A DNA stretch of 64,000 nucleotides from Entomortierella parvispora E1425 (taxonomy: Eukaryota; Fungi; Mortierellomycota), in NCBI GenBank assembly GCA_020891255.1, contig BQFW01000008.1, positions 2,480,001 to 2,544,000 of the forward strand. Direction: 5' to 3'. Below are positions 27,458-39,468 of this stretch, one piece after another. How positions within the stretch are numbered: the stretch's first letter is position 1; each line of letters starts with the position of its first letter. The notes below the pieces were generated by a model, which did no database searches, was not told the DNA's origin, and saw only the letters and a program-made list of their open reading frames with translations. The translations under genes were made by a program, and so were the position numbers.

Positions 27458-30400
27458 TCACTTTGAAGAGGATGTGTTGGCGAAAGGGGATGCTTGGGGA
27501 CGTGTCCACACCACCGCCTCCTCGTACGGTCCATCGGTTGCAGTGGGCGAGAGGGGCATATCACGATCTACAGGACCTTTTCCTTTAGGATTCACAGCAC
27601 GGGCGGAAAGTGGAGGGGTCTGAGTGTTCCTTCGACGTGCCTCTCGCTGTTGAAGTTCATAATCGCGTACAAACGGAGCAGCATATCGTGAGGCGGGGAA
27701 CATGTTTTCTGGGCTCTCCGGTCTTTGAGGATGCTGTTGATTCTGCCGACGGTAGTATTCGTCTTCAGCCTGACATTCATAGTAGCGGCCATTGTCGGGT
27801 CTGGGGCGATGCCGATGAAGGTCAGTGTCTATTGGTGAAGGACGGGATCTGTATCGAGGGTCATCATCCCTGTAATAAGCTGGCCGTGGAACATATCGTG
27901 GATCACTATAAGGATCATCGTAGGGTCCAGAGTTGTAATAACGGGGGTCCCCTCTTGGGTCCATTCTCGTGGCAGTACCTTGAACGAGACCGCCACCGCG
28001 ATCGCGATTTTGAGGAACCCGATCTCTGACACCTCTGTCTATTGGAAGGGGCTGTTGATCTTGAAACCGATAAAACTGGGCGGGGGGCACTGGCTGAGGA
28101 AGAGCCATCGGATACCGACGATCCTGTCGCTGCGAGTACATGTCACGTCCGCGACTAGTACCCTTTTGAGGTTCGTATCTGGGCTGATCGTATTGCTGAA
28201 ACGGTGGCGGTGGCGGTGGTGGTTGACCATATCGAGAACCGTAACCAAGCTCGCGATCACGGCCATAGTACCGCCGACCGCCAATGTTATCCACAAGAGA
28301 GTCACTGCCGCCAGAGTCCAAACTGTCAAGGCTGTTTCTACGACGGGGGGATGGTCGTGCGTTTTGATATCGTTGCTGTTGGCGTGGTGCGGGTGGATCA
28401 TCTCGCCACTGTCGTTGCTGTTGTTGTTGTTGCTGTTGTTGTTGTTGTTGGCGGTACTGGATCTGGATAAACTCTGCAACGATGGGATCAATTGGTAGAG
28501 CCTCAGTCGCCGCAGGGTCGTCTGCCTCAGAGGACTCTGCATCACCCGTCACTTGAGTGGGGCGAGCAGAGGTTGGCTCCTCCTCTCTTGGATCAGACAC
28601 TGGCTGTTGTTGCTGGATTCTCGCTCGGTACTGATACTCTTGATCCTCCAAGAATCGTAATCGCTCCAAATAATGTTCATGATCGTGCCCGTAGTTGGAA
28701 AGCTCTGGATCTGAACGACTAGCTTCCTTCTGATGGTAAAACGATATCCGTGGCCCTCCCCTTGCTTCTCCGATCCCTGAAGCCATGGTAGATGTGGAAT
28801 CAATACGGTCGTGATGTTGTTCTCTAGCTACCCCTGCTGCGACCGAGAACGGGGCGGCGGCGGCAGCAGCGGCGCTGGCAAGAACCTCGGATTCTTCGTC
28901 GGAAAGATCTTCACTGTGTAGGTGAGGATCGCCTTTTGTCACAAAGTTCTTGTTCTCGAGCTGGGTCAGTCCTGTCACGTTGAGAGGTCTGGTTGCAAGA
29001 GGGACCTTAGGCCGCAGTTGCTCCGGAGGAGTAAGAACAGGACCAGTTGCGGCTGCCTGCTCTAAAGCGCGATCACGGTGTTCGAATCGCACAGATTGGG
29101 GTTGAACATCCATCTCTAGTCGCTGTTGCTGTTGCTGTTGCGGTAAAGGATATGACCCTCCTCCACTGCGAAGTGGATCTCCGGTGCGATAGTCCCGGGA
29201 CGCGTTGTCATAAGGTCGTTTCAATTGGTAAAAAGGTTGGTGCTGAGGTGGGTAATTACGAGATTGTGATTGAGGGTATAGGTTGTTTCCCTGCTGCGGG
29301 GCGGGCTGCTGATTCTGTCGGTACTGATGCTGGAGAGGAGGCTGATGGAGGCGCATCGACGATGGTATTGGGATGTCCAGAGAGCTGGAGGAGGACACTG
29401 AGGCGATATCTGTCGGTGAGGATAAGCGTAAGTCCTCGTACAATCCTGATAGGGCGACTTTGCGTTCAATGGGCTCTAACTGAATGTCGGGCAAAGTTGC
29501 TCGTTCGGTATGGGACGCCTCCTCTTTCTCAAGATACCTAACGCCATCTTTGTCACTGTTGAGTGCCATCCCTGGAGGAATCTTGACAGGTTTACGAGCA
29601 GTTGGCCTTCCCCGCCCGCTCCCAGGGGAGATGGGCTTGAAAGACTGAGGTCCTAATCCAGCCACTGCAATTGCTGGGACTCCTGGGGTGTTGGCTGCGT
29701 AGGAGGGGCGGCTACGACCTCCAGCTTGAGACAATGTCGTGACACCTGCTCCTGAGCTAAGGCCATAGCCCATGTCATAGGTTGAGTCCATGCGCCAACG
29801 AGGCTCCCTACCACCACCGCCATCACCACCGTTTCTTTCACTTTCAGGTCCTGATCCATAACCCTCATTTAATCGATCCGTATCTCTGTTGCCTTTGCGA
29901 CCCCCTTCTGTCCCGCCGTGTCCGTTGTCCTTGTTGCCAAAGCCGTCGTCACCATGATCGCTCTTCCCATCGCTATCGAGGTCAGTGTCATCATCACTCT
30001 TCTCTCCTTTTCCTTTCTTTTTCTTGTTTTTTTTCTTTTCCTTTTCTAGTTCCTCTTTGGTCGGAACATATGGGACTTCGGGTCTCTGACGACCAAATGC
30101 CTTTTCAAGGTCCAATAGACGTCGACTGTCCTTGTCCACAGGGATGCCTCTAGACCATCTGTACAGATACTGGATCCCGTAGCCCAGCTCACGAATGGTA
30201 TCCAGAGGATTGAACGAGTCCAACAATCCCTTCCAAATTGGCGTCTTTTGGGTCATGTCCATGATGTTTTCAGGGGGTCCCTCTTTGCCCTTTTTGCTAC
30301 TGCTTGATTTCGTATCTGCCCCGGGTTTGCTTTTCGAAAGAGAATTGCCACTGGACTTGAGTTGCAATTGCCTCTGCTTTTGAAGTGCCTGCTGCTGGGA

Positions 30401-31746
30401 CTGATTTCGGCTATGATATCCGCCGGGTACAGGGAAAGAGGGTCGATCCAATGGAATGGTGGCCATGGATGGATTGTTGTTGTCGTTGTCGTTGTCCTGA
30501 AGGAAGGGTTGCTGATTCTGAGGAAGATCTGGATTGGGGATCAAGGGCACGTAGGGCTTGTAACTGAAGGCTTTAAGGTGCATCAATGCGAAGAAGACCA
30601 TTTCGACGTCGATTAACACGGCATTGATCCCGACCGAGATGTCATTGGTCGACCAGTACGTCGTAGGCTTGATGTAGCCTAGAGACAGGCAAAGAGATGA
30701 CTCGTGAGAACCAGAACGCTTATACAAAGATATTTGGAGAAGGAGGTTATTATACCAAAGTAGACGAGTCCCTCGATCAAGACGGATTGCCAAAACGAGA
30801 AAAAGATGACCAGTTTGACAGACAGGAACTTGTAAAATGGCGAATATTCCTTGAGGTCCTCTCGGATTGTGAAATAGAACATGATCTAAGACGAATAGTT
30901 TTTTCGAATGAAGATAAGAGACAAAGAAATAAAAAAATACAAACTCTTTCTTTCATTCCCTTTCAAAAACTCACCAAGAAGTAGGTGGCGACGGTGACAC
31001 TGGTGGTGGTGATCATCAAAATCCAGACATGTCCAAACTTTGGGTTCCAGCTCCCCTCGCAGTACGAGCCTGCGACCTGTAGGACGATCGTCAGGATGGT
31101 CGCCAAGACATTCAACGGCACATACTGCAAGATGCCCCATTTCATGAACTGCAAGAAGTGAGGTTTTGACGGATTGTACTTTAGGCAGCACAAGGGAAAG
31201 AACCACCGTTCCGTCTTTTTATGTTTTCGCAGTACTCTCTTTTGCTCCTCCAGAGAATCCCCCAGGTACTGAAGCAGGAGAATCAAGAACGAGGCAATCA
31301 CAAAGGCCTCGTAGAGGGTACAGATCGTGTCGTAATAAATTGCTTCACGGACGTAGACAAAGGAGAACCAGGATGTGATGGCGTAGATCGGAACCATGAG
31401 TAGCATTCGGACAATGTATCGTTGCTGGTTAGGCTAGAAGAGGAGAACGGGAAGAGGAGAAATAACGTTGCTCCTCTAGGTTCAGCTGTGTGTTGATTTT
31501 CTAGACTCCATTGCAAAGAGAAAAAGAACATCGCCTCACCTTGTGATAGTATTGAAGATGACGATATATCAACAAGAACGAAATGATGGACGAGATCACA
31601 GTCAAGACGCCCGAAGCAATCCACCCAATTCGGGGAAGATCCAACGTCAAGCCATTGGACGAGAACAAGCGCGTTGGATCCTCTGGCAAGTCCTCGACTG
31701 GACACCCATTTGGTTCTATGATTGTCCCGTTGACTGGAGTGGACAT
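27458..31746 (-). CDS. OST-alpha/TMEM184 family multi-pass membrane protein with a very long disordered C-terminal tail; 4 exons
   Basis: RHLQYYHK|PNQQRYIVRMLLMVPIYAITSWFS, EAFVIASF, KWGILQY, YCEGSWNPK and KFLSVKLVIFFSFWQ motifs, followed by about 950 aa of Q/P/R/Y-rich sequence. Confidence 0.9.
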
Positions 31747-32859
31747 AGTGTTACACCTTTGACAAGAGAACCGAAGAGCGGCAATGACCTTCAGATGGAG
31801 ATGGTAACAGTAGCGCAGGTGCTGCAGAGTACGAACAGCTGCTGTAAGAATGCGGGGGCAGAGAAGAGCAGGAGAGGAGAAGAGCCGTTGCAAGTGTATT
31901 TTAGGTCGAGGTTGAAATCAGAATCCAGGTACAATAAGATCCTGTCGAAGGTGGCAAAAGATGAAGGAACTGCCACGATGGATGATATGCAGGGAAGGGG
32001 AAAATGAACCCAAGGCCTGAGGGAGAAGGTGAGGAACGAGGGTATGGGATGTAAAAGAAACCCTCGAGGGTATCGAGGCCGAGGGGAGGAGACAAAGCAA
32101 GAGGGGGGGTGGCGAAAAAAGTGGCAAAAGGGACAAAAGGGCAGGAAAAGAAAACTGACCCTTGTGGCAGCAGCGCGCAGACTGGCAGAGGTAAAAAGAA
32201 TCGAGATAGGGGGCACAGGTCTGTCATCCGGACAAGGGTCAGTGGCACAGACTGACAAAAGGCACGACGGAGGACAAGAGCTGAAGAGTGGAGAAATACG
32301 ATCGGCCTTGCGCCCCTTTCGCCTGACTGCCGTTGTCTATTAAAAAAAGGGGGTAGAAGGGAAGCAAAGGTATTCGTCGCTCGATCCACATGGTGAGGTC
32401 ATGTCGAAAGGACAAAAAGGAAAATAGCAGCGTGCTCAAAATGGGCGAAGCACGTCCCACCTGGCTTTGCTCTCTCTCGTCTTCTCGCATTCCTCGCATT
32501 CCTCGCATTCTTCTTTCCATCAGCCCCCTCTCTCCTCCATGCACACTTGCCAACGTTCACTCCATCTCATTCATTCATTTGCTCGTTGCGTCTCTCGATT
32601 CTCATGCCATGGAGCGTTTGACAGCACTAATCCAGAGCAGACGACTCGGGTCCAAGGGGGTTGATTTCCTTCATATTTGCCACCCTACCCCCCTTTCAAC
32701 AAGATCATTCACAAACAAAGTCAACCTCGGCACGCACTCAATTGTAAGTTATTAATAAAGAGAGAAAACAAGAATAATTTAATAGAGTGCTTTGCAGGCC
32801 AGTGCTATGGAAGGGAAGAGAGTGCTTTGGAAGAGGAAGAGGGTGCCATGGAATAGCAG

Positions 32860-35400
32860 CTCCGCTGATGTCATGGGAGCAAGTCTCCGGGGCTGTTGGA
32901 ACACCTTGTTGAGGTAAACGAAGTTTTCAATAGCGGAGACGTCATCTCGAAAGAGTATCTGTGTGTTTGTATCCAAAACCTCCAGATCCTTGGATTCTTG
33001 AGCTAGAAATAAATGGATCGGAAATGTGGTTATGGTTAACATTTTGGGATATCAAGGTACATTTTCGTCTGAAATTGCCCTCTTCGGCAATGCGTTTTGG
33101 CCCTTTACGCCCCTTAAGTAGCCGCACTAAATGGTGTAACGATCACAATGCAGGCGGGCCAAAAAGTTCCGACGAACAAGCCGAAATCGTGTGAGAATGA
33201 CTGTATTCTTAGGTATTCTGCACATCTTACCTTATTATGAATTGTGCATGTCCATGCTTATACATGTTCTCAAGTTCAACTTTCAGCTGCGTGGCTATTG
33301 AGCGCATCAGATCCGTGGGAGCAAACGACAAAGCTCATTCGTTGATATCAACGGATGACAAGACGTAAAGTTCAAGTTCCACGAAGCGATCGATAAATAC
33401 ATTGATCTTGTCCCTCATGACAGAGGGTCGCGGACGTTTTCCAGAGTGCACCACTAGGAGAAAGCCTCAGATAAAGGGCTCTTGGACCTTGTCATCTTTT
33501 TTTTTTTTTTTGGTACTCGTGCTTGGTGGCTGTAAGTCACTATCATCGTCTTCAGCTTCAGCTTCTTCATCGTCGGGACCAAATTCAGCGTCTGCGAGGT
33601 CATCGATCTGATTACCTTCTTCTTCATCCACAGCAGTATCATCGATGTTCTTCACGTCGTTCATAGCAACAGGTTGACAAAGGTGGTGCAGAATTTCCTT
33701 GTCTCCAGAGCTGATGTAGTCGAATCCTATTTTGTCCAGTTTTTTGACCTGGCAGCCAATCAGCCTCTGACACTCACGCTTCACTCGAGCTGCATCGCTT
33801 GTCGCTCCCTGAATGACCTCCATAACTTCCTGCTGCAGGTCCAGCTGGTTAGGAAGCGCAAGTCTGACATTTGCCTTCAAAGTACCCATGCTCAATGTAC
33901 TTGTCGGGTGATGATATGCCAAATGTCGAGTAATCGCCAACTTGTGCGTTGCAGCCTTGATGACAAAGTCTTCAGTTTGGGTGGATCCTTCACGGTGGAT
34001 GTCTGCTGTCTGCTTCTCGCGCTTAGTCTCTGGCTCCTTGTATGGTTTGTAGGCCATCATTGGGGGTCGCGGATGCTCCTGAGTCCCTCTCCTAGTCTCA
34101 AATGAGTACTTTGGTTCATGACGAGGGGCTCGTGTTCTTTGGAGTGCCAGGTATAGTGCTTCTCCTTTCTGGTTGTCATGCGACAAAGACCGTGGTAAAA
34201 GCGAGGAAAGGCCAGGTAACACTGGAGCCGGTAGAGATAGACGACTCATGAGGGTGCAACTGGTTTCAGGCGAGAGTACTGTACCGCAGGTGACTCTACC
34301 GTCTTGTAGCGGTTGCTGCTTGACGACGATCGCAACTGAATGATATCCACGGAGTTGCTATAAATATCAAAAAGTACAATGGATAAAAGAATTGGTACAT
34401 TTCCTTCCATACCTCCTTCATCCCGAGCTGTTAAACAGGCCTTACCTGCTGTTGGACATCGTTTGGAGACTTCTACTTTGTTGATACCGTTTACAGAGGT
34501 CCACAAATCTCTGCCGAAGAGCAACAAAGGACAAGCAGGCAGAATCTGATATTTGACAAGTGCTTGGCATTTGCAGCCGCTCCGCAAAGAGTCGAATAGC
34601 GAGTTCAAATGCATTGTTAATGTGTGAACTGGATGGCAAATCGAGGCATCGCAATCATTCCCTTTGTTTCGTACCTTCGCCCTTGATGTTCATGATGGCA
34701 GAAAGGCTGGTGACTGGACCACGAGAAAAGATACCCTTGCCGTAGTCATTTGACACCAACCAAGCAAGAGCCGTGAGCTGAGCTGATGACAATCCAAGAG
34801 TCTGGCAAACATCTGCGCGACTCTAGGCCAGATGAAGTCCACGAGAGATGGGTCACCAGAGCGCGTAGATAGTGCCATATGCAAGCATGCCACGTCAGCC
34901 AATATAACAATGTCTTCTGGCCGGCAGTCCTCCGCGATGGCAACATCAGCCTCTGCCTCACATACCCAAACAGTCCATCCAGTCTTGAACAGGTAATCGA
35001 TGAAATCTTGGCGAACTGAGGATGGCCGATAGAAAAGTGATGCAAGGCTCTTCTTGACATCGACAAAATGTCGCTTCTTAGCCTTGTGGTTGTTGGTGAT
35101 TCGTTGCTCGAGTGCGTCAAGGCTCTTGTAGACGCTTTGTGTCACGGTTGGCCTTTCGTTTTTTGCTGTCTATTCCTTCGACACTGCGCCACCATAAATG
35201 TAAAGAAAGAATGAATCCTTCCCACCATTAACGCAAAAAGTACGGGTACGCTTCTTCAGGTACCTTTAACGAGTATTCGTTGCGGATGATAGAGTAAAAT
35301 GACAGCACATCAAGACGTTTTGTACGATCGGCCATGTTACCGTTGCAAGGATATTAATGGATTGTCCTGCTTTCAGACGAGGCGACTCGTGACTCCCGAT
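32860..35400 (-). pseudogene. Decayed, 3'-truncated XPG/FEN1-like PIN-nuclease gene of a multicopy Mortierellaceae mobile-element family
   Basis: Stitched translation: KRLDVL..FYSIIRNEYS...YGGAVSKE*...KRHFVDVKKSLAS...GWTVWVCEAEADVAIAEDCRPEDIVI / MLAYGTIYALW*PISRG...LTALAWLVSNDY...; HHPTSTLSMGTLKANV; DVSAIENFVYLNK...RRLAPMTS. At least 4 in-frame stops and several frameshifts. Confidence 0.75.
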
Positions 35401-35411
35401 ATGATGGTAAA

Positions 35412-35786
35412 ATGGCACGACCTTTGTCCCACACTTCTGCCTATGTATGCTCAAAGGTGCCCACTTCGGCAGAGGAAAAAGCCACCTCCAGGGTCTCATC
35501 GGCAGTTCTCAGAGAATCCTGGTCGGATGAAGGGGCGGTGAAGCCAGCTGTGCATCCCGATGACCTAATCCCCCACTCCATCATTGCGTTCGAAGCCCAT
35601 TGAGGGCCTGCATCCCCAAGATGGCACGACCTTTGTCCCACACTTCTGCCTATGTATGCTCAAAGGTGTCCACTTCGGCAGAGGAAAAGGCCACCTCCGG
35701 GGTCTCATCGGCAGTTCTCAGAGAATCCCGGTCGGATGAAGGGGCGGTGAAGCCAGCTGTGCATCCCGATGACCTAATCCCCCACT
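35412..35786. repeat. Direct repeat, 2 x 166 bp (35412-35577 and 35621-35786) with a 43-bp spacer
   Basis: Base-by-base alignment gives 162/166 identity; all 4 differences are transitions. Confidence 0.95.
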
Positions 35787-36003
35787 GGTGATGCATCACG
35801 ACTATCCGAGAGTAACGATCGACTGTTGGCGTGAAAATGCTGCGAAATGAAAGCGACAATGAAGGAGTGTAGCGAAGAAGTGAAGCTGGGAGATTTGCAC
35901 TTGGATGAATCTTTTGTTGTTTCCGTGACTGCGATAAAGGTCTGATGGTGACGTTAATAATGCTCTCCGCTCTTCGACCAACATTTCACACCGTTTCACC
36001 ACC

Positions 36004-38050
36004 ATGACCGACAGGAAGCGACAGAATGCTGATTCATCTGCTTCCAGCAGAAAGCAGAGGGGTCGAGTCATCACCACTTGGCGCGATGTGTTCCGAGAAG
36101 CACCCTACCCGCAATACTTTGCAGGCCTGAATGAGGCAACGGATTTGAATCACAGGAGTTTCTTCCGCTTTATTTCTCCTCCTTACAATAAGCGCGACTA
36201 TTGGGAGGATGTCTGGGTTGGCCAAATCCTGAAGATCGTTCAAAACACCGACGTTCAACCCGTGAAGGAGCAACATCAACGACTGACCAACGAGTGGGAG
36301 CAGCGCGGCTTTCACGACGATGTTTGGTTGGAATTCCTCGCTGAAGAGCGCACGCGCCTCAATGAAGAGCTCAACGTGACCAATCAGATGAATGCCAAAG
36401 TGAAGGCGGTCAACCAGCTAAATGCGGCTATGGGCAATCTGATGGAAAACGCTGTGGAAGCATTCAGTAAGTGAATGTTGCCCACAATCAAAATCCTAGA
36501 TTTGAAAGATCGTAGAGGAGGATAATGATGTAAGACTTTTTTTATTTGACCAGGTACGAGTCAGGAGGGGAGTCAGGAGAATATCGAGGAGAAGCAAGGT
36601 CAGACGGTCATTCTTGAGTACTTTGAAGATAGCTTCGACCTGGAGCAGGATCCAGAGCTCAATCACATATTGGAAGAGGATTCTGCTGAGATTAGATCAG
36701 AAGCTGAAGTGGTTTTGTCAGGCGGAGCAGGAAGCCGAGGCGCAGCTGAAACTGTTAGCTTACACGACGTCGAACTTCCTTCCTCGGACCCCTGCGATCC
36801 ATCTTTTACTACGGAACTTGCCTCTAACGGCACAATCGAAGAGGAGCCAGAACCTGTGAGATTGGACCGCCTTGTCGGCCCTGGAACTCTCTCATGCACG
36901 CGCACGGGTGAGGCAGACTATATCAATGATGAAGGCTGCAACGTCTCTAGCGTTCTGATGCGGTACCGCCGGGAACAGATAGAAGATAGTTCGTTTCTTG
37001 AGAACAGCGATGTCGAGAACATCCTGTCACTCAACTTCATCTTTTTTGGGGACTGTCTCCACCCACTTCGTGAGCAATATCGGAAGATGTTGAAGACAGA
37101 CCTCGCAGCAACCGAGGTTGCGCTTATCATCGAATGGTCCCAGGCGGCGGTCCATGTTGAACCAGACGACGCCAAGGCCACACTATGCGAGATATTTGCA
37201 CGAGGAGCAGCTTTGAAATCACCAGTATTCACCTGCTTGGACGAGATGTGCGGTACTGGTGCTCTCTGGTCATCAGTCATCCTCAACACGGATAATGAGG
37301 ATAGCCATATTGCTCGATTTGTGCGGCCATTTGTCGAGTCAATGTTCGGAAACTTTCGCAACTGCAAGCTGTGCTGGCAAGCAACTACGATTGCACTCCA
37401 TTTATTTCAGGCTAAGATGATGACTACTATGAGCTAACCACCCCCTGCCTTTGTATAGGACGCGTGACAGGATAGTGACGGGCAAGGTGTGCACTGGAGA
37501 AATGCTACAACCCGACTTTATGCTATGTTCAGTCTCCAAACCGCAGTACACTTTCATGGTTGGGGAGGTCAAGAAGTTTGAGGAAAACGACGAGATGTGT
37601 CATAGGGACCGCGTGAAGCTGTTCACACAGATGAAAATGTCCCTAGATGGCCTGCTGGATGCAGGGGTCGATGGACCTGTCATTGGGATCCTGGCTCATC
37701 GGCATCGAGTCGAGGTGTGGTCCCTAACTCTGCCATTCGAAGCACTGTACTTGCCAACGCTGTTGGGTGCGTTTGACTTGGTCCTCTCTCGGTTTTCGTT
37801 TGCCTCAACTATTGTGATGTTCCCGCCCCTTCTGGCTGCTCGGGCTGCTGTAGCAGACATGGTCGCTCGTTTCACCTCTCGTCGCAAGCGGGTTAAGCCT
37901 GTAAAGACAAGTTGGCGTCGAGGTACGTACCATGTCAAGCCACAGGAGATCGACCCAGGTGTCACACTAAATGAAGAAGTGCGATTTCTGTGGGAGGAAG
38001 AGATGGAGCTTAGGGCTTCAATGGAGGCGGAGACAGAGAAAGTGAAATAG
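36004..38050 (+). CDS. Intact 625-aa PD-(D/E)xK (restriction-endonuclease-fold, Crinkler/transposon-related type) protein; 3 exons (36004-36466, 36554-37376, 37459-38050)
   Basis: Exons splice to 1878 nt with no stops; motifs NEDSHIARFVRP, LQPDF, GEVKK and DRVKLFTQMKMSLD; the second intron is GC-AG with a CTAAC branch site. Confidence 0.7.
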
Positions 38051-38139
38051 GAGTTATGAATGGCAGGGCGCCATTGGCCACCCTTGTAATGTTTCTTCCT
38101 AGTATAACCACTGAATGTCTTTCACTCTCTCAATAAAGT

Positions 38140-38560
38140 GGCCACGGTCCCCACACTTCGGGGCCTAATTATAAGGAAGGCCTTGATGAGTTTCAGTCTC
38201 TGGGACCTGCTGCAAGTAGATGCTGACGCTTCCGTGCCATCTCCACATCCCATCAGCAGAATGAAATACCGCACACTGTACTAACTACACTAGGAACAGT
38301 GTCCGTCATATATCCGCGTCTGCGAGTAATATATCGGCGGAATCGTATCTGTCCACCCTGGCCAAAGAGTTGGCCATTGTGGGATTACTGTGTCAGGGAT
38401 CGCGACACAGCTGATCAAAGAAGACGTGCGCAAAGTGATGAGCATTTACGTTTGGAAAGTCCGCCCGCCTTTGATTCATGGACAGCATCGCTGACACAAA
38501 GTACACCTGCGCAAGATCATTGGTGAGGTGGTTGCTGGAGACCTGGAGTAGCCTCGGTTG
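38140..38560 (+). pseudogene. Possible fragment of a medium-chain dehydrogenase/reductase (quinone oxidoreductase-like) gene
   Basis: Broken frames read NYKEGLDEF, IGGIVSVHPG and KVMSIYVWK...HLRKIIGEVVAGDLE; residual branch point and acceptor (TACTAAC at 38279, TAG at 38291). Weak by-eye similarity only. Confidence 0.25.
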
Positions 38561-38595
38561 CTCACTCCAAACTAACAGCACACACCTCAACAAGT

Positions 38596-39095
38596 CCTTC
38601 GCGGACTTTGTGTTCGTGCATCTGTTCTCAAAATCTGTTCGACACCAAAAAAAGAGGGAGCGAACACCTTCACTTTCTTGAATCGAGCAGGTTGCCCCTC
38701 TAACGTGTCCCTTTTTTTTTTTTTTTTTCAATTGCTCCCTGTTCGTGTGCACAAGAGAATGAAAGGGCAGTGGGTGGTACCAGCCCTAAGTCAAGACATC
38801 ACTACAACCTGGTTCTTGACCATCATGTACTGCACTGTATATGATCGCCAGCTGACCGCGGTAATAAACGATCAGCAATGCCTTGGTGAAAGAGCAAAAA
38901 AAAAACAGAAAGAAAATTGCGCCATGCTTGCACATGCGACATGTTGGCGTGAGCAAAAAAAAAAGGGGGGGGGGGGGGGGGGGGGGGCAAAGAGGGGCAG
39001 CCTGTTCGATTCAAGAAAGTGTATTAGGGACTGTTCGCTGTTCCCTCCCTCTTTTTTTGGATTTTGAGAACAGCACGAACACAAGTCCGTGATGG
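38596..39095. repeat. Degenerate inverted repeat (arms about 38596-38701 and 38991-39095) enclosing poly-T, poly-A and G23 tracts; possible old MITE/foldback
   Basis: The left arm reverse-complemented (AGAGGGGCAACCTGCTCGATTCAAGAAAGTG...CCCTCTTTTTTTGG...ATTTTGAGAACAG...CACGAACAC-AAGTCCG) matches the right arm with a few indels. Confidence 0.75.
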
Positions 39096-39468
39096 GCTCT
39101 GTTTTCTGAACAACAACAGGATGCTGTGCGGGTATTGATGGGAGACCCTTCTCTTCATCCTCGTGCTTATCCTGCTCTCTTGCTCCTCTAACTCTGCAGT
39201 AGCGACAGGAGCAGCAGAGTTTATAAAGTGCTATGGCAAACTGACGGGATCGTTCCTGGCAAAGCGCCCCCCCCCCCCCCCCACATGCCGCTGCCCAACT
39301 GACGGATCGTTGCATCGTCTTCCTCCTCCTACTTCAACCTTGAGAGTCTTTCCTTCTCCCATTCAAAGCCCAATATTAAGAGAAATAGTTGAATGCAATG
39401 GGGGATAGATGCTTTAATAGTTATGAATGCTTTTGATGAGAACTGTAGTACTGTCGAGCTGCCGAGAG

